64,000 bases of DNA, taken from assembly GCA_976551045.1 (NCBI GenBank), contig CDPCPM010000053.1:310001-374000 (forward strand), in the 5' to 3' direction. Below are positions 1-12,069 of this stretch, piece by piece (positions within the stretch are counted from its first letter, which is position 1; each line of letters begins with the position of its first letter). Under the pieces are notes generated by a model, which made no database searches, was not told the DNA's origin, and was given only the letters and a program-made list of their open reading frames with translations. Origin of the DNA: Glaucostegus cemiculus. Lineage: Eukaryota. The position numbers and the translations under genes are program-made.

Positions 1-3000
1 TTTTGTCTGTAGGTAAATCATACTTCACATGACGCAGTAGTCCAGCTGATGTCTTGGTTCATTATTGACCAGTACGCCACTTCACGTGCTCTATGTTTAC
101 ACATTTCCTCCCCAAGGTGCCCTTCGTGTATATTCTGGATCATCTCCTTGCGTCGTGACACTGGAGTCACAAAACTGTTACCTTCGAAACCATATATTTC
201 ACTACAGACAGTTCAGCTCTGCATGCCCAATAATCCCGAATGCACATTGGAGAATCATCCTTTTCTTCTGGCCATCCTTACCATATCGTATCTTTGTGTA
301 CCTTCATTGTTTCATGTGCTCTGCTGCTTTCCTAGTGTGCTCTGTTCTACTCGGATATACTGGAAGAGAGCTGACAATCATGTCAACAAAGGCCTGTATA
401 TCTACTTTAACCTGTTAGTCACTTTTTTCCGGTCTTGTCCACTGCTCGAGACAGAACATCAGCAGCAAACATATACTTCCCTTTGCGTAGCTCACCTTCA
501 CATCATATTTCTGCAGTCTTATCAACATGCACTGTATCCTCAAGGAACAGCCATTCAGTTGTACATAATGAATTCAAAAGGGTCATGTCTGTCTCTACTT
601 CAACAGCATGCCAACAGATGTCCTGGTGGAACCTTTCACATGCAGATGTCGTGGAGAGAAGCTCTCTCTCTATTTGTGCATAGTTGGCTTCCGCACTCGT
701 TAAAGCCTTTGATGCATAGGCCACAGGTTACCATATGCCATCATGCTGCTGCAGTAGTACTGAACCAAGGCTGTGCTGGGACGCATCAGCTGATATCCTG
801 ATTCCCTTTTCTGGTTCATAAAATTTCAGCACGAGCTCTCCATTTCGGACCCTTTTCAACGTCTGGAAAAAAAACTCTTCTTGCTCATGAGACCAAAACC
901 ATTCAGTTTTTTGTTCCCTGAGGGAGTGACCTAAGTGGTGTTGACACTGTTGACAGTCGAGGGATGAACTTATCCAGGTAAGTCACTATCCCTAAGAAAC
1001 GTCTCACTTCCGCATTGTTTTGAGGACTCTCCATGTTTTAAATGGCTGATGTCTTTCTTGGGTCAGGCTTCACCCCCTCTTCAGATATGACATCTCCTAT
1101 GAAGGTCAGTGTCTTCACATCAAACTCACATTTCTTTTTATTTAATTTCAAATTGACTTTCCTTGTCACGTCAACCACTTGTCTCAGTTGACCAACGTGG
1201 TTCTCTTTGGTGGACCCCCAGACGATGTTGTCATCTATCATGATCTCCACACCAGGTATGCCCTCTAAAAATCATGTGGATGGTTTTATGGTAGACGTCC
1301 GCTGCAGGCAGTATCCCAAATGGCAGCCGATGATAGCGATGTCTTCCATTGGGTGTGTTAAAAGTACACAGTCTCCAACTTGCCTAATCAAGCGTCACCT
1401 GCCAAAATCCAGACGATGCGTCGAGCTTGCTAAATCATTTGGCACCTGAAAACAGAAACATGATCTCTTCCTTTGTTGGCAATTTAAAATACTCTCTCTT
1501 GATGGCTTTTTTCAGATCTCTTGGGTCTAGATATATCCGTAATGCTCCATTTTTCTTTTGCACGGTGATCAGTGAACTCACTCAATCTGTTGGTTCTTCA
1601 ATTTTCAGTATGATATTCATTCGTTCCATGCGTGCTAATTCTTGGTTAAGTTTATCTCCAAGTTGAAACGGAACTTTCCTGCATGCATGGACCACAGGAG
1701 CCACTGCCCCATCTATGTGAATTTTGTGTACACCAGGAAAGCATCCGAGCCCGTCAAAGACATCAGGATACACTTCCATGAGTGTTGTGTGGTCATCTTT
1801 GGTATGTGAAGCTACTATGAAAGCTCTTTTCACTAGGTGGAGCTTTACGCAGGCAATCGGACCTAATAGTAGCTGTACTCTCTTTTCTACAATCAGTAGC
1901 TGTGATTTTTAAGTACTGCCATTTGTGTTTAAAGGTCACCATACAGCCCTCTTTTACTGGAACTTTCCCTCCAGTGTATCCTGTCACTTTTAGCTTTACA
2001 GGGTAAAACTAACTCTTTACTGTGAGAGTCTTATAATCATCCATGAACAACAGATTCACCTGAGCACTGGTGTCAAGCTCGAATGGAATTGCTGTCTCAT
2101 TCACCGTTATTGGAAGAACCCATTGTTTTACCAGCAGCCTCAGTCTTTACAGAATCTCTAAAGAATTCCTCAATTTTCTCATCAACAATGTGCATCTTTC
2201 TCTTGTTGGACCCAACTTTACAGCATCTTGCAAAGTGATTCTTCTTCCATCAGCTATTGCAGGGCTTCCCATAAGCACGACATGTCATTGGAATGTGTTT
2301 ACCTCCACATCTGCTGCATATGCTGTTTGAGCCTTCCTTTTTGGTTTGCTGTTGCTCTCCGAAACCCCTTGGGTACTACTTCTCTGTTTTCACAACATGT
2401 ACTGTTGTGTCTGCTCTGTAAAGCTCGTTAGCTTGTGCCCGGATGGCTTCTGCTGACCTACAAGTATTCATCACCTTTTCCAGGGTCAAATCATTTTCAC
2501 GCAACCATCTTTCTCTGCGTCCGTTAATGGAATTTCACAAACTATTCTGTCTTTAACTAGTGAGTTTCTCAAATCTCCAAATTCACAAGACTTACTCAAT
2601 GTGTGAAGATCAGCTGCGCATCGTTCGAAGCGAACACCTTGTTTCAGGTTACAGAAAAAGAATTTGTTTCCCATGTTTTACTTGGGATAAAATGCTACTC
2701 AAATCTTTCCATCAGCTGCCTAACTGAAAATCTATTTCATCAAAGTGAAAGCTGTTATAGATGTCCAAAGCATCTTCGCCAATCACGTGCAGAAAAATAG
2801 ACGCTTTCAATTTTTCATCGTTCCTTCCCACTCCACTAGCATCTGAACATATGTTGAATCCCTATTTGAAGCGTTTCCAATTATCGTCTAGATTGCTCGT
2901 AAACTGCATAGGCTTGGGAGAACATAGGTGATCCATAATAGGAAATCTCGGCCTCTCAACTGAATCTCTTTGGCAAATCCGGTGAATGCTGAACTTCAGG

Positions 3001-3381
3001 AACAATGTGCTCCTTCGCCACGTTGGCCGGCTTTTTCTCCGTCTTTTTGCAGCTTTTCTTTCGTATTTACTGAGTCAATTTCTCAACTGCACACAGTATT
3101 CGTTTACTTTCCTTGTTCAGACCTCAAACCAACTTCTGATACCATGTTATGTTTGTTCTTCATCACGAGACGAACTTGGCGTGGCTTTAAACGTCTGAAC
3201 ATTTAATTAAAACAACAAAAGAACAACAAAAGACTGCACAGACTGGGGCTGCACAGGGAAAGACAGGCTGGCTGGTTTCTTCCGGTCTTTCCAGCTACTT
3301 CTTGTTACCCATGTGACCCCTTGCATTGCCTGTTGGGAACTGTAGTCCTTTATTAGAACTACATAATAACACATAATAACA
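1..3381 (-). mobile_element. Decayed Ty3/Gypsy LTR retrotransposon, copy A (gag-pol remnants plus 5' LTR 3145-3381; continues left of the window)
   Basis: Minus-strand fragments: gag (EFGDLRNSLVKDRIVC), RT (YPDVFDGLGC, PVVHACRKVP, DDNIVWG, LKLNKKKCEF), RNaseH (AYASKALTSAEANYAQIERELL), with many frameshifts. LTR is TG...CA. PBS TGGTATCAGAAGT at 3132-3144 resembles the tRNA-Leu-type TGGTGTCAGAAGT. Confidence 0.92.
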
Positions 3382-3384
3382 CAA

Positions 3385-4370
3385 CTGCCTATATGTCGGG
3401 AGTAGAACTACAACCAGATGATGGGATTTGACGAAGTGGGACATAGGATTGCATAGGTAAGTGTTTTTGATGGTGGTGTAGCAGTGCTCGAGTGTGTTAA
3501 CTCTTCTAGTTTCACAGGTAACATGCTGGTGGTAGTTGGCCAGAGACTTCTTCAAGATGGCCTGGTTGAAGTCTCCGTGATGGTCAGGAAGGCATAAGGG
3601 TGCGCTGCCTCCTGACCAGAGATCACGGTGCTCAGCTCCTCCAGTATAAGATTGACACTTGCTAGGGGTACACCGCAACCATGATGACGTCAGTGAACTC
3701 CCTCCGCAGGTAAAACGGACGACACTTGAACATCAGATGTTCCAGATCGGGGAGCAGCACTGAGTCAGAACTGTCACGTCGGTGCACCACGAAGAGTTAA
3801 TCATGAAGCCAGCACCGCCGGCTCTGCCTTTACCTCTTGCTGTCGTCCGGTCCATGCGGTGAATGGCGAAGCCCTCGGGCTGGAGCTCTGATTTCGGAGT
3901 GCTGTGGGTGAGTCCTCTCTCTAAGAAGAAAAGTATCTAACAGACCCTGATGTCCCTATGGTTTTGTTGTCTTGCTCTGAGGTCTTCCATTTTATTTACC
4001 ATAGAATATACATTAACCAGGAGGATGGTAGCCGGGGGGTTGGGGGAGGAAGGACTGAGACATGGCCCTGCCTGCGTCTCAATTTTCCCTGCCATCATGC
4101 CTGCAGCCACGTTTCCTGAAACAATGGAGACGCTCCCTGAGGTGGTGGTCTGGAGTCCTGAGCCTGCCGGTTGTTACGATCGTTAGTTTCTTTAAAGGAC
4201 TTGAAAAAATGTTGTAAGCGGGAGCATTGGGATCTCTCGGGATCTGCATAAAAACTGTTGCCTCTCTCTGGTGCCTTTTCCTTGAGGCATTGCAAACAGG
4301 TAATCATGCCAGAGTGACAGCTTGAAAGCGTTAGTGCTTGCTGCTTAATAAAGGAGACTTCATTGCCTTC
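3385..4370 (-). mobile_element. Rex1/Babar-type LINE, 5' (APE endonuclease) portion, copy A
   Basis: ORF 3295-3678 contains GDFNQAILK...YHQHVTCETR..NTLEHCYTT, typical of this LINE endonuclease. Interrupted by the Gypsy element. Confidence 0.75.
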
Positions 4371-4522
4371 GCCGAAATAACAACAGAAAGATTTACAAAT
4401 GCTCAATACCCTTTTAACAAGTGAGATTTAAAAATATCTTTTTTTTTCAATTTTTTTCTCATCTTTACATTTGTTTCTTTCCAGGGCGGAAACGCAGTCA
4501 ACAGAAGAAAACAGAATTCAGA

Positions 4523-5141
4523 TCAATAATGGAGGAACCTAAGCACAAAGTAGCACCAAAGTAAAAGTGCGTAGGAAGCGCTGATGACTGTTGCGTTTGG
4601 GGACCCGTGAACTCGCGAGGCACCTTCTCCAGCTTGTGGCTTTGTTTTCTCCAGCGATAGCTGTTCATTGTCAGTAGATATTTCCGTTGGCCACTGATGA
4701 GAGGAGCCCATGAGATCAGGTTTACTTCAGTTCTCAACACTTCTTAATGATTAGTTTCGAACATCCAATCGTTAAACGTTATGTTTACATTTGCCTCGAC
4801 GAATGTGAATTAAAATGCAATTCTCAAGCTTATTTAGCTAAGGATTCAAGCTCATGGAATGGGCGCAGGAATATAATGTGAGACTTGCGGATTCATTTTC
4901 TCCAACAGTGCTAATGTTTAAAGGATTAAATTAAAGTTGGGTTCAAACCAGACCCTGGTAACCTATACCCTAGCACAGTTCTTTTGTGTCGGCTTCCCTC
5001 TTGTGTCTGCTACTTCAATCTCCAAGAAAGTACATCTATTTTGGTTGCAGGCAGCTCAGCCAATGCTCCTTGGAACTTTCTGCAGCTTCTTTGCTAGCTG
5101 GCAGACTTTTCTTCGGTTCCGCCTGTCACTGCAGGAACTGA
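4523..5141 (-). pseudogene. Possible remnant of an antisense gene with a GPI-signal-like terminal exon, copy A (exons 5141-4969 and 4693-4523)
   Basis: AG/GT-bounded phase-0 exons. The terminal exon ends ...NATVISASYALLLWCYFVLRFLHY*. The upstream exon has an in-frame TGA and a 1-nt deletion relative to copy B. No homolog recognised. Confidence 0.25.
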
Positions 5142-5961
5142 CTGTGAAATTGTATGAACCTCAGAGTGTAATGTGGGGGATGGGCATTGCAGTAAGAATA
5201 GAGGCGATTTAATTCGGACACTCATGGCTAAACTAAAACGTTAATAATGAAATCGGCAATGGATTGACGTGGACAGAAAGAGAGCGTCGGCAACAAAGGG
5301 ATGTAGAGAATGTGGATTAATGCAGTAACAGCAGCGAGAGTATCACCTGAAACCTAATAAACACTTAAATAGAGAAGGGCACTGCGTCAAAATAACAACT
5401 TAGAAACTAACAGTCAGTTCAAAAGTGAGGCATTTGGATTATTGTATCTTCGCCGTCTGATCGAATAACGCTTCGTGGATATTAAATAGTGTTTCCAAAT
5501 CTTGTTATATTCATAGCGTGAAATAATCTTGACAAGTTTAATCTGTTAGCTTCTCTTCAGAACGCTTATTGCATGTTATCGAACCAATAGCGAGTGTATC
5601 ACACTTTTCTCTTTCCGCGAACCTCAGCAGCGACACGTTGCAAATGGCCCCTGGTTAGACAACAAACAAATGGAAACATTCTAAGAATGATGTCAAAACA
5701 ACGCTTGCAGTTTTCCACTAGCAGTTTCCAGAATCTGCGATTTCAGTAGTTGTTACAATTAACAACCTAAACGTTGCAGTTATTCAAATGTATTGTATAT
5801 GGACGCTTCATCCGCAGAAAAACAATCCTTTCACTCAGACTAATAATATAAACTAAGTCCAACGAATGGATTGGCTAAGTAAGCTACCAACCGAACCATT
5901 AGGTGCCATAAGCAATCAAGCAGGAGTAAACATTGTGGACCACAGCTTTTTTTAGTTACAA

Positions 5962-6188
5962 TAGAAGAAAGAAGAANNNNNNNNNNNNNNNNNNNNNNNN
6001 NNNNNNNNNNNNNNNNNNNNNNNNNNNNNNNNNNNNNNNNNNNNNNNNNNNNNNNNNNNNNNNNNNNNNNNNNNNNNNNNNNNNNNNNNNNNNNNNNNNN
6101 NNNNNNNNNNNNACAAAGAAGGAAAAGGAGAAAGAAGGAAAGAGAGAAATAAAGACAGAGAATGAAATAAAGAGAGAAAGAAAGAAAG
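5962..6188. repeat. GA-rich microsatellite, partly N-masked (5977-6112)
   Basis: GAAA/GA runs. The paralogous tract 22842-23062 is fully resolved and of nearly the same length. Confidence 0.85.
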
Positions 6189-6327
6189 GCACAGCAGACT
6201 TCTGAATGAAAGTCGCCCTTTAGTCTCCATTTCTTGTGCTGCCGTGCAAATTGAGGAATATCGCCGTCTACTTCATGTTTCAATGGGTCTGATTTTGTTC
6301 GACATATATCAAATTATCCGATTATAT
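6173..6327 (-). repeat. Left arm of a 155-bp inverted repeat (partner 8377-8531)
   Basis: Reverse complement matches 8377-8531 ungapped with 6 mismatches. Confidence 0.93.
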
Positions 6328-6586
6328 GAAAATAACGTGAAAAACTTGGTTAGAAATCTTACGCGATTTATTTGTGCTTCCAAGTTATTGTTTGCGTCTT
6401 TTGTTTAGTTAAGATACGTCCTTTAAATATATCAGCTCTGAAATTAACAACTGGAGCGAGTTTCCTCTGGTAAACAGAGGACCTATTTCAGGGATTTAAA
6501 CAATTAATTCATGTCGCTATCGTCCTTTCATGCCAGAGAAGAATGATCGACTTGTGGCTCGATTATTCACAACACAATTCTTCCCA

Positions 6587-6662
6587 TGACGTCAGATTTT
6601 ATTTTACAAGATGTTCACTTCTGTATTGGCAGCATTTCAATGTCAGGTGACCTCACACGTGT
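6587..6662 (+). promoter_or_regulatory. Candidate proximal promoter of gene A: CRE palindrome plus E-boxes
   Basis: TGACGTCA at 6587-6594, then CAGGTG and CACGTG, all within ~170 bp upstream of the ATG. Retained in copy B (23461 onward). Motif match only. Confidence 0.3.
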
Positions 6663-6755
6663 GCATGGACGCATCGGAGGTATCGGTATATTCGCTGCAC
6701 TTTCATCAACTTTCTGTCAGTCGCACGGAAAGATCAATCTATTTTCTTCATCAGT

Positions 6756-9700
6756 ATGTTAATACGCGGTCTACTTTTATACATCTGTTCCTGGAGTACA
6801 TTGTACAGAGGTACAAGTTAAATCTATTTGTTTATTGTTACATCTTCATGAGACAAAATCGCACAAATGCTATCACGCAAAATTAATCTTCATTTCAAGA
6901 GAATGCGTGTTTTAGATGTAACATGTTCCCTCTTTCCTTGTTAAAAATGAGGAGTATTTTGTTGTTTTGAAATTCTAATGCTGACTGAAGTAAAGCAGAT
7001 ATTGTTTGTTTTCCCTAATGGTAATTGTTATTAATTTATGCATCACTGGACCTAACTCAAAATAGTTGTTGATAGTGCAAATTATCTTCGCTGAAAGGGA
7101 ATGATTTAACCCCAATTTTCATGGTTTATTCATAGCCACTTTGCAGAGTTCTTGCAATGAACCAAGCAGCGTTGTGCAACATAAGGCTCTCAGAGGGACA
7201 AACGTTACCTGGCGTTGTCCTTTCCCCTTCCAGCTGGATCCATCGAAAGTAAGGGTTTACTGGTGGAGAGGTGCAAATCGGACTCTCCTCAATAAAGACA
7301 GCAGAAAAGTTTTCATTGTAAAGAAGGGTTGTGCTTATCTTCATCTCCTGAATGTGACCATAACGGACGCTGGCCGATATCACTGTGCAATCAAGTATGA
7401 AGATCAAATGGCTGGAAAGGAAACTGAAGGGGAACTTTTTGTCTATGGTGAGCGTTGTAAACATGTGAAAGTGCCTAGGTATTGGATTGTGCTCCGAACA
7501 ATGGCCACAAAAATATATCGCAGGGATTTAATAACAGATATACAAAGTTAATAGCAGGCTAGCTTTGCTTCTGGATCGCATTGAACTCTCTCAAAAATAT
7601 ATTGCTAATATGAAGTTAAATAGTGTGGAACAGTATTGCCCAAATATTCTGTTTTATCTGTATTTTCTTATTCTACGTTTAGCCGCACCTGCTCCTTTGA
7701 AGATTGTTTCCATACAATCAGAATCCCCATCTCCATTTCCGAATCTCCAGTGTGCAACGACAGCATTTTACCCAAAGGAGTTTAATCTTACCTGGTATAA
7801 AAATGGGACCGAAATCCGGACTGGAATTGAGAATGAACTAAAGACCAACACAGATGGGTTATCCGAAGTTATCAGCTTCTTACAAGAAACGGAAGCAGTG
7901 AAGGGCAGCACCGTTTACACCTGTCGAGTACATCATATTTCTATTTCAATTCCAGCAACTGCCAACTATACGGTTCCTATTGCAGGTAACGTGACTCCAT
8001 GCTCGAAGTTCCATCATAAAGTGCAAAATAGATTATTTCATAAGATATATTTGGAGCTGTCATTTAATATTCTGTGAGACAAATGGACAATATCCACTAT
8101 TCAATTTCCCTCTAAGTGGCTGCAGCCGTCCACTTTATTATTGGTTTGAACCAAATCTGAGGTATACTCGGCACTCAAATTATCTCATGGCAAATACCCT
8201 GATCATACATTCACGGCAATTAATCTAAATAATGTAGTCTGAACATAGTTGATGCCAAAAACATAGTGCGAGGGGGATGGAAAGAATGGATGACACAGTG
8301 TGCATACTTCAAGTAAAGCAAAATTCTCGCTCAGTTCCAGTAAATGCAATCTGTACTGCTGTCAAAGCAGGTAAAGATATAATCGGATAAGTTGATATAT
8401 GTCCAACAAAATCAGACCCATTGAGACATGAAGTAGACGGAGATATTCCTCAATTTGCACGGCAGCACAAGAAATGGAGACTAAAGAGCGACTGTCATTC
8501 AGAAGTCTGCTGTGCCTTTCTTTCTTTCTCTGGCTATTCTGGCCGCTGGAATGCTCCGACTACCCCCCTTCCGCTGAGTGGGTCTAACCACCCTTCCGTT
8601 GTTTATTGGAAGCAAATGTGAAATGCATTGGACGATCACAAATTACCACATGTACCAGCCGTAAGCAAAATGTTCAAAAGATCAGAGTAGTTAGTTTGAC
8701 GATACAATGTGGACAGATTGATGAAAAAATCTACCCGGATAATTTAGCACAAGCTGAATTATCGTGTAACATGAGATCTTCGGAATCCTGGAAACAACAA
8801 GCATCTCAACGTTAAAGAAAGACACAAACTGCTGGACGAGTTCAACGGATTAGAAAACATCTACGGAGGGAAATGGGCAGTCGACGTGTGGGGTCGAGAC
8901 CAACTGGAGCAGTCTGCCTGACCTGGTGAGTTCTGCCAGAAGATTTCTCGGCACTATATTCCAGCATCTGCAGTCTCTTGTGGCAGCATCCCAAGTTCAT
9001 CTCAAGGAAGCACGCCGGCAATATCTCGCTACTGAGCCAAATACGGAATAAGATTCACGCTGTTCCAATTTACTGTGGAATGTGATGATCATACAGAACA
9101 GAAATTAAGAAAAGAATCATTTCCCTGACTGTAACTTCTTTTTTCAAATTTTGGGAATTTATATCCTGATTGATTGTAACCTATTTCAATCTTTATGTTT
9201 CGTAATACTGAAAATAAATGAACGCACTTGAATTATTCTCCCACGTGATGCAAGGTCATGTATAAGAAATTATGCTTCGACAAAATGGAAAGTTAGCGTT
9301 GGTTCTCAATTGTTTTTTTACCTCTTATTTCTCATTGTGCACTCAGCCAAATTGCTGTTTTTACTATATACTCCATTTATGATTCCCTGAAAATTACCTG
9401 AGGAGATAATGACACTGATATATACAGTCATTAGTTGCTATCTTATTTTCTTGTCAGAGGAGCATGTAGTATGTAGACAGGACGGTTGTTAATTTGAACC
9501 TTTTTATATCGGTTAACTATTGCGCAGGTTCCAATAAATCATCTCAATTTCATGCTGCCATAATTGCTGGACGTGTCGGAGGTGCGGTGTTAATTCTGCT
9601 GTTGACAGTCATGCTTTTGAAAAGAGTTCGACTCAGAGGTATGACGTTCTTCTTTACGAGCTTTCTAATGGCGTATTTTAACAAATTAGTTAATCAAGAA

Positions 9701-11076
9701 TTCGACAAAATCACTAGTGACGAAGGGAAAAAAAAAAAAACAAGATTCCTACTGGCAGCACCTCCGGTTGCGAAATTCCTCAGTTATGCTTCCAATGTAT
9801 ACTGAGAAAAATGTCTTGTGTTATCCCTGGTTCAATTAAAATACCAAAAGTTTGTTGGAAGCTCCCTTTCACGATCAGAAAGTCTGTTTGTGGATGCTGG
9901 TTTTAATATTATAATTTGTTCTCCTTCATCGTTAGTAACAAGGCACAGAGAACGCGCGCACTTTTGTTTTTAGTCAGGTATAATGTGGAATCTGTGGTGT
10001 CGCGGAACACAAGGCTTAAGTACACCATGGAATTTATCAAATTATATGTGATTTCCTTGGTCTGTTGATGAAATAAATAACACTCTTACGTGTATTTTGA
10101 ATATAATATCACTCTCTGTCAGGTACAAAAGCGCGTTCAGGAAATGAAACTCAAAATAACGAAAGGGTAAGCTGAAGTTATTTTCTCTATATTGAGTTAG
10201 AACATTCCTCAGGCGGCTTCGGAATTGAAACATACATTAAGTTGCTTAATCCGTTCCACATTTGGCTCTGGAACTTGACTATTTTTAGAATATCAAGGAT
10301 TCTGATGATTTGAAGATGCAGAGCATTGATGTGTATTTGGACGTTTTCACACATATTATGGCAGTGGAATTAATATTTTAAATCCGCTTTACTGTCAGCA
10401 TCATAAAGAAATATTGTATCCAATCAATCTTGGGTTTCACGAAAGTAACGTCGTCCTGTTTAGTCACATGGTTAATTATAATTCATAAATTAAAAATTGC
10501 GTTTGAATCGTTTCTCAGATTGGTGTTCGCCTTCGTGTGCGTTCCTTTTTTCGTAGTGTCCCTTACATTTAATTCTAATCTAAAATGAGTTCCACCATTA
10601 TTATTAATAACAACAAACATATGGCAATCCAAGGGTAACATAATGAACGACGATTACGTTCTGAACTTAGGAACTGAGTCTTTATCTAAAAAAAATCCCC
10701 AAAGTTTCATTATTTTTACACAGCTTAAAACGTTGATCCTGTAGGACATTTTGTTGCCATTCCTCGGTAAGCGTTTGCCACTTAAAGAAATATTGCATGT
10801 TCTAGACTCTAAATATAATTTCCAACAAGATAAATGTTTCACAATTTGCCTAGAATATGCAATTGCTAATTGATACTTGAAGGTTCAGAAAAATACTGTT
10901 GCACTCACTGAACATTTCATTTTCAGAACCAACAAGAGGATGACGTCGATATAGTCACGTACGTGGATTTGATCCGCAGGTTGGAGAATGATCCACCAAA
11001 ACGGCGCGAAAATAGTTCGGTGTACGCAATGGTAAAGCTCATTTCACACAAGAAAAATAAGGGCTCTGGCAATTAG
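6756..11076 (+). CDS. Gene A: non-rearranging IgSF V-C1 type I membrane receptor with TM Arg and two ITIM-type motifs (NCR3/SIRP-like), 324 aa
   Basis: Exons, all GT-AG and phase-compatible: 6756-6810 leader MLIRGLLLYICSWSTLYR; 7136-7447 V (WRC, YWWR, DAGRYHC); 7683-7985 C1 (C.TTAFYP...LTWYKNG...YTCRVHH); 9528-9638 TM (AAIIAGRVGGAVLILLLTVMLL); 10123-10166; 10927-11076 with VTYVDL and SVYAMV, then TAG. AATAAA at 11306. Confidence 0.9.
8377..8531 (+). repeat. Right arm of the 155-bp inverted repeat, in the C1-TM intron of gene A
   Basis: Inverted copy of 6173-6327. Confidence 0.93.
8815..8985. mobile_element. Short quasi-palindromic repeat derived from Penelope-like element termini (related pieces near 25700-25865, 35485-35585, 36515-36680)
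   Basis: CTGCTGGA...CATCT.TGGAGGGAAATGG.CAGTCGACGT followed by CTGCCTGACCTG.TGAG...TTCCAGCATCTGCAG. The same motifs end the Penelope fragment at 43400-43468 and 45184-45215. Confidence 0.5.
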
Positions 11077-12069
11077 GATTAAATTCCTCGTGATGTGGAT
11101 CAGGATAATTATCTGATGTCATTTTCATTCGGCGCTTTTCAACTGCAATTTAAATATCTTCATGTGTTTCTTTTAAATAGACCAAAGGTTACGCTGATGA
11201 CACCAAACTGGCGTAAGCTGCAGTGGATTTGAAAGGTTCCAAAAATATGCCGGAACTTCAAAAAAAAAGAAACAAAACTAATATACGGCGTGGTGAAAAC
11301 TGGCGAATAAATTCCACTGGAATATCGGAAAGGTTTTGGACTCTCTGTTATCCCGACATAACTTTGTATTGCCTTTTTATGTAACTCTAGTATTGCCACT
11401 TTGCCAGCCTTTTATTTTCTCGATGTCGTGGAAAGACACTGTTGGATTCTGCCCATCTATGCAAGGCACAGTCATTCTGAAGCGTACCCTCGAACAACAG
11501 ACTTAATTTAGTTTGCACCAGCATCACTGTTCTAATCTTCTTTCAGTGGTCGTTTGCTACCACTTGACGGCAATTATTCTGCCTCTTACGATCCCACAGA
11601 TAACGAATTGTAAATCTAAATGGGGCTCAAATCAGAAATAGATACTTCATACATTTTTACCCATCTCCCTTTTTCTCTACGCCATGTCCTTTACTGAACT
11701 CTTGATCAGCGGTAGTTTGTTTTCATCGTTTCTTATTTTGGGAACATCACATTCAGTTTCCATAATTCATGACTTTCCCTCATGTATTTCAACGTCCTAC
11801 AGTTTTACGTTTCCCCTCAGATTGTTCCATTATTTCAGCATGGCATTATTTATCCGAAATCACCGTGTGTACCATAGCCAACCTAAATTGATTGTGTCTT
11901 ATCCACTTTTCCCCAACCCCTTGTGGTCCACTGGACAGGAGAGCATATTTAAGCACATGATTTTCTCGGCTTTCCCCGTTTTTGTTTTCATTGGGACATT
12001 TGGTAAATACTCTGAGCCGAATATCATGTCAAGTAAGAGTGGGCATTTAAAGGAAATTACTGAAAGAAG

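Noticed and set aside
49-801. 250-aa + strand ORF (and paralog 17034-17687)
   Set aside because: Antisense to Gypsy pol, with no recognisable protein features.
4441-4530. Strong + strand polypyrimidine-AG acceptor at 4484
   Set aside because: Reading frames close quickly and no partner exon was found. It may be non-coding, but I cannot support it.
5410-5910. Possible further minus-strand leader and Cys-containing exon of the antisense remnant
   Set aside because: Several stops in every frame and weak donor sites.
5977-6112. N run and X-containing ORFs (also 44761-44955)
   Set aside because: Masked or unresolved low-complexity sequence. The paralog shows only a GA microsatellite.
7136-7985. 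Rearranging Ig light chain, IgNAR or TCR cluster
   Set aside because: V and G strand are in one exon, with no heptamer/nonamer, D or J segments and no interchain Cys after C1. Downstream TM and ITIM exons fit an innate receptor. A germline-joined origin cannot be excluded without phylogeny.
8421-8621. Repeated small ORF (K/R)HEVDGDIPQFARQHKKW on both strands
   Set aside because: By-product of the inverted repeat, with non-ATG starts and inconsistent ends.
9936-9977. Alternative small cytoplasmic exon in A/B
   Set aside because: In-frame stop and weak donor. Exon 10123-10166 has better sites and matches the 44-nt exon of gene C.
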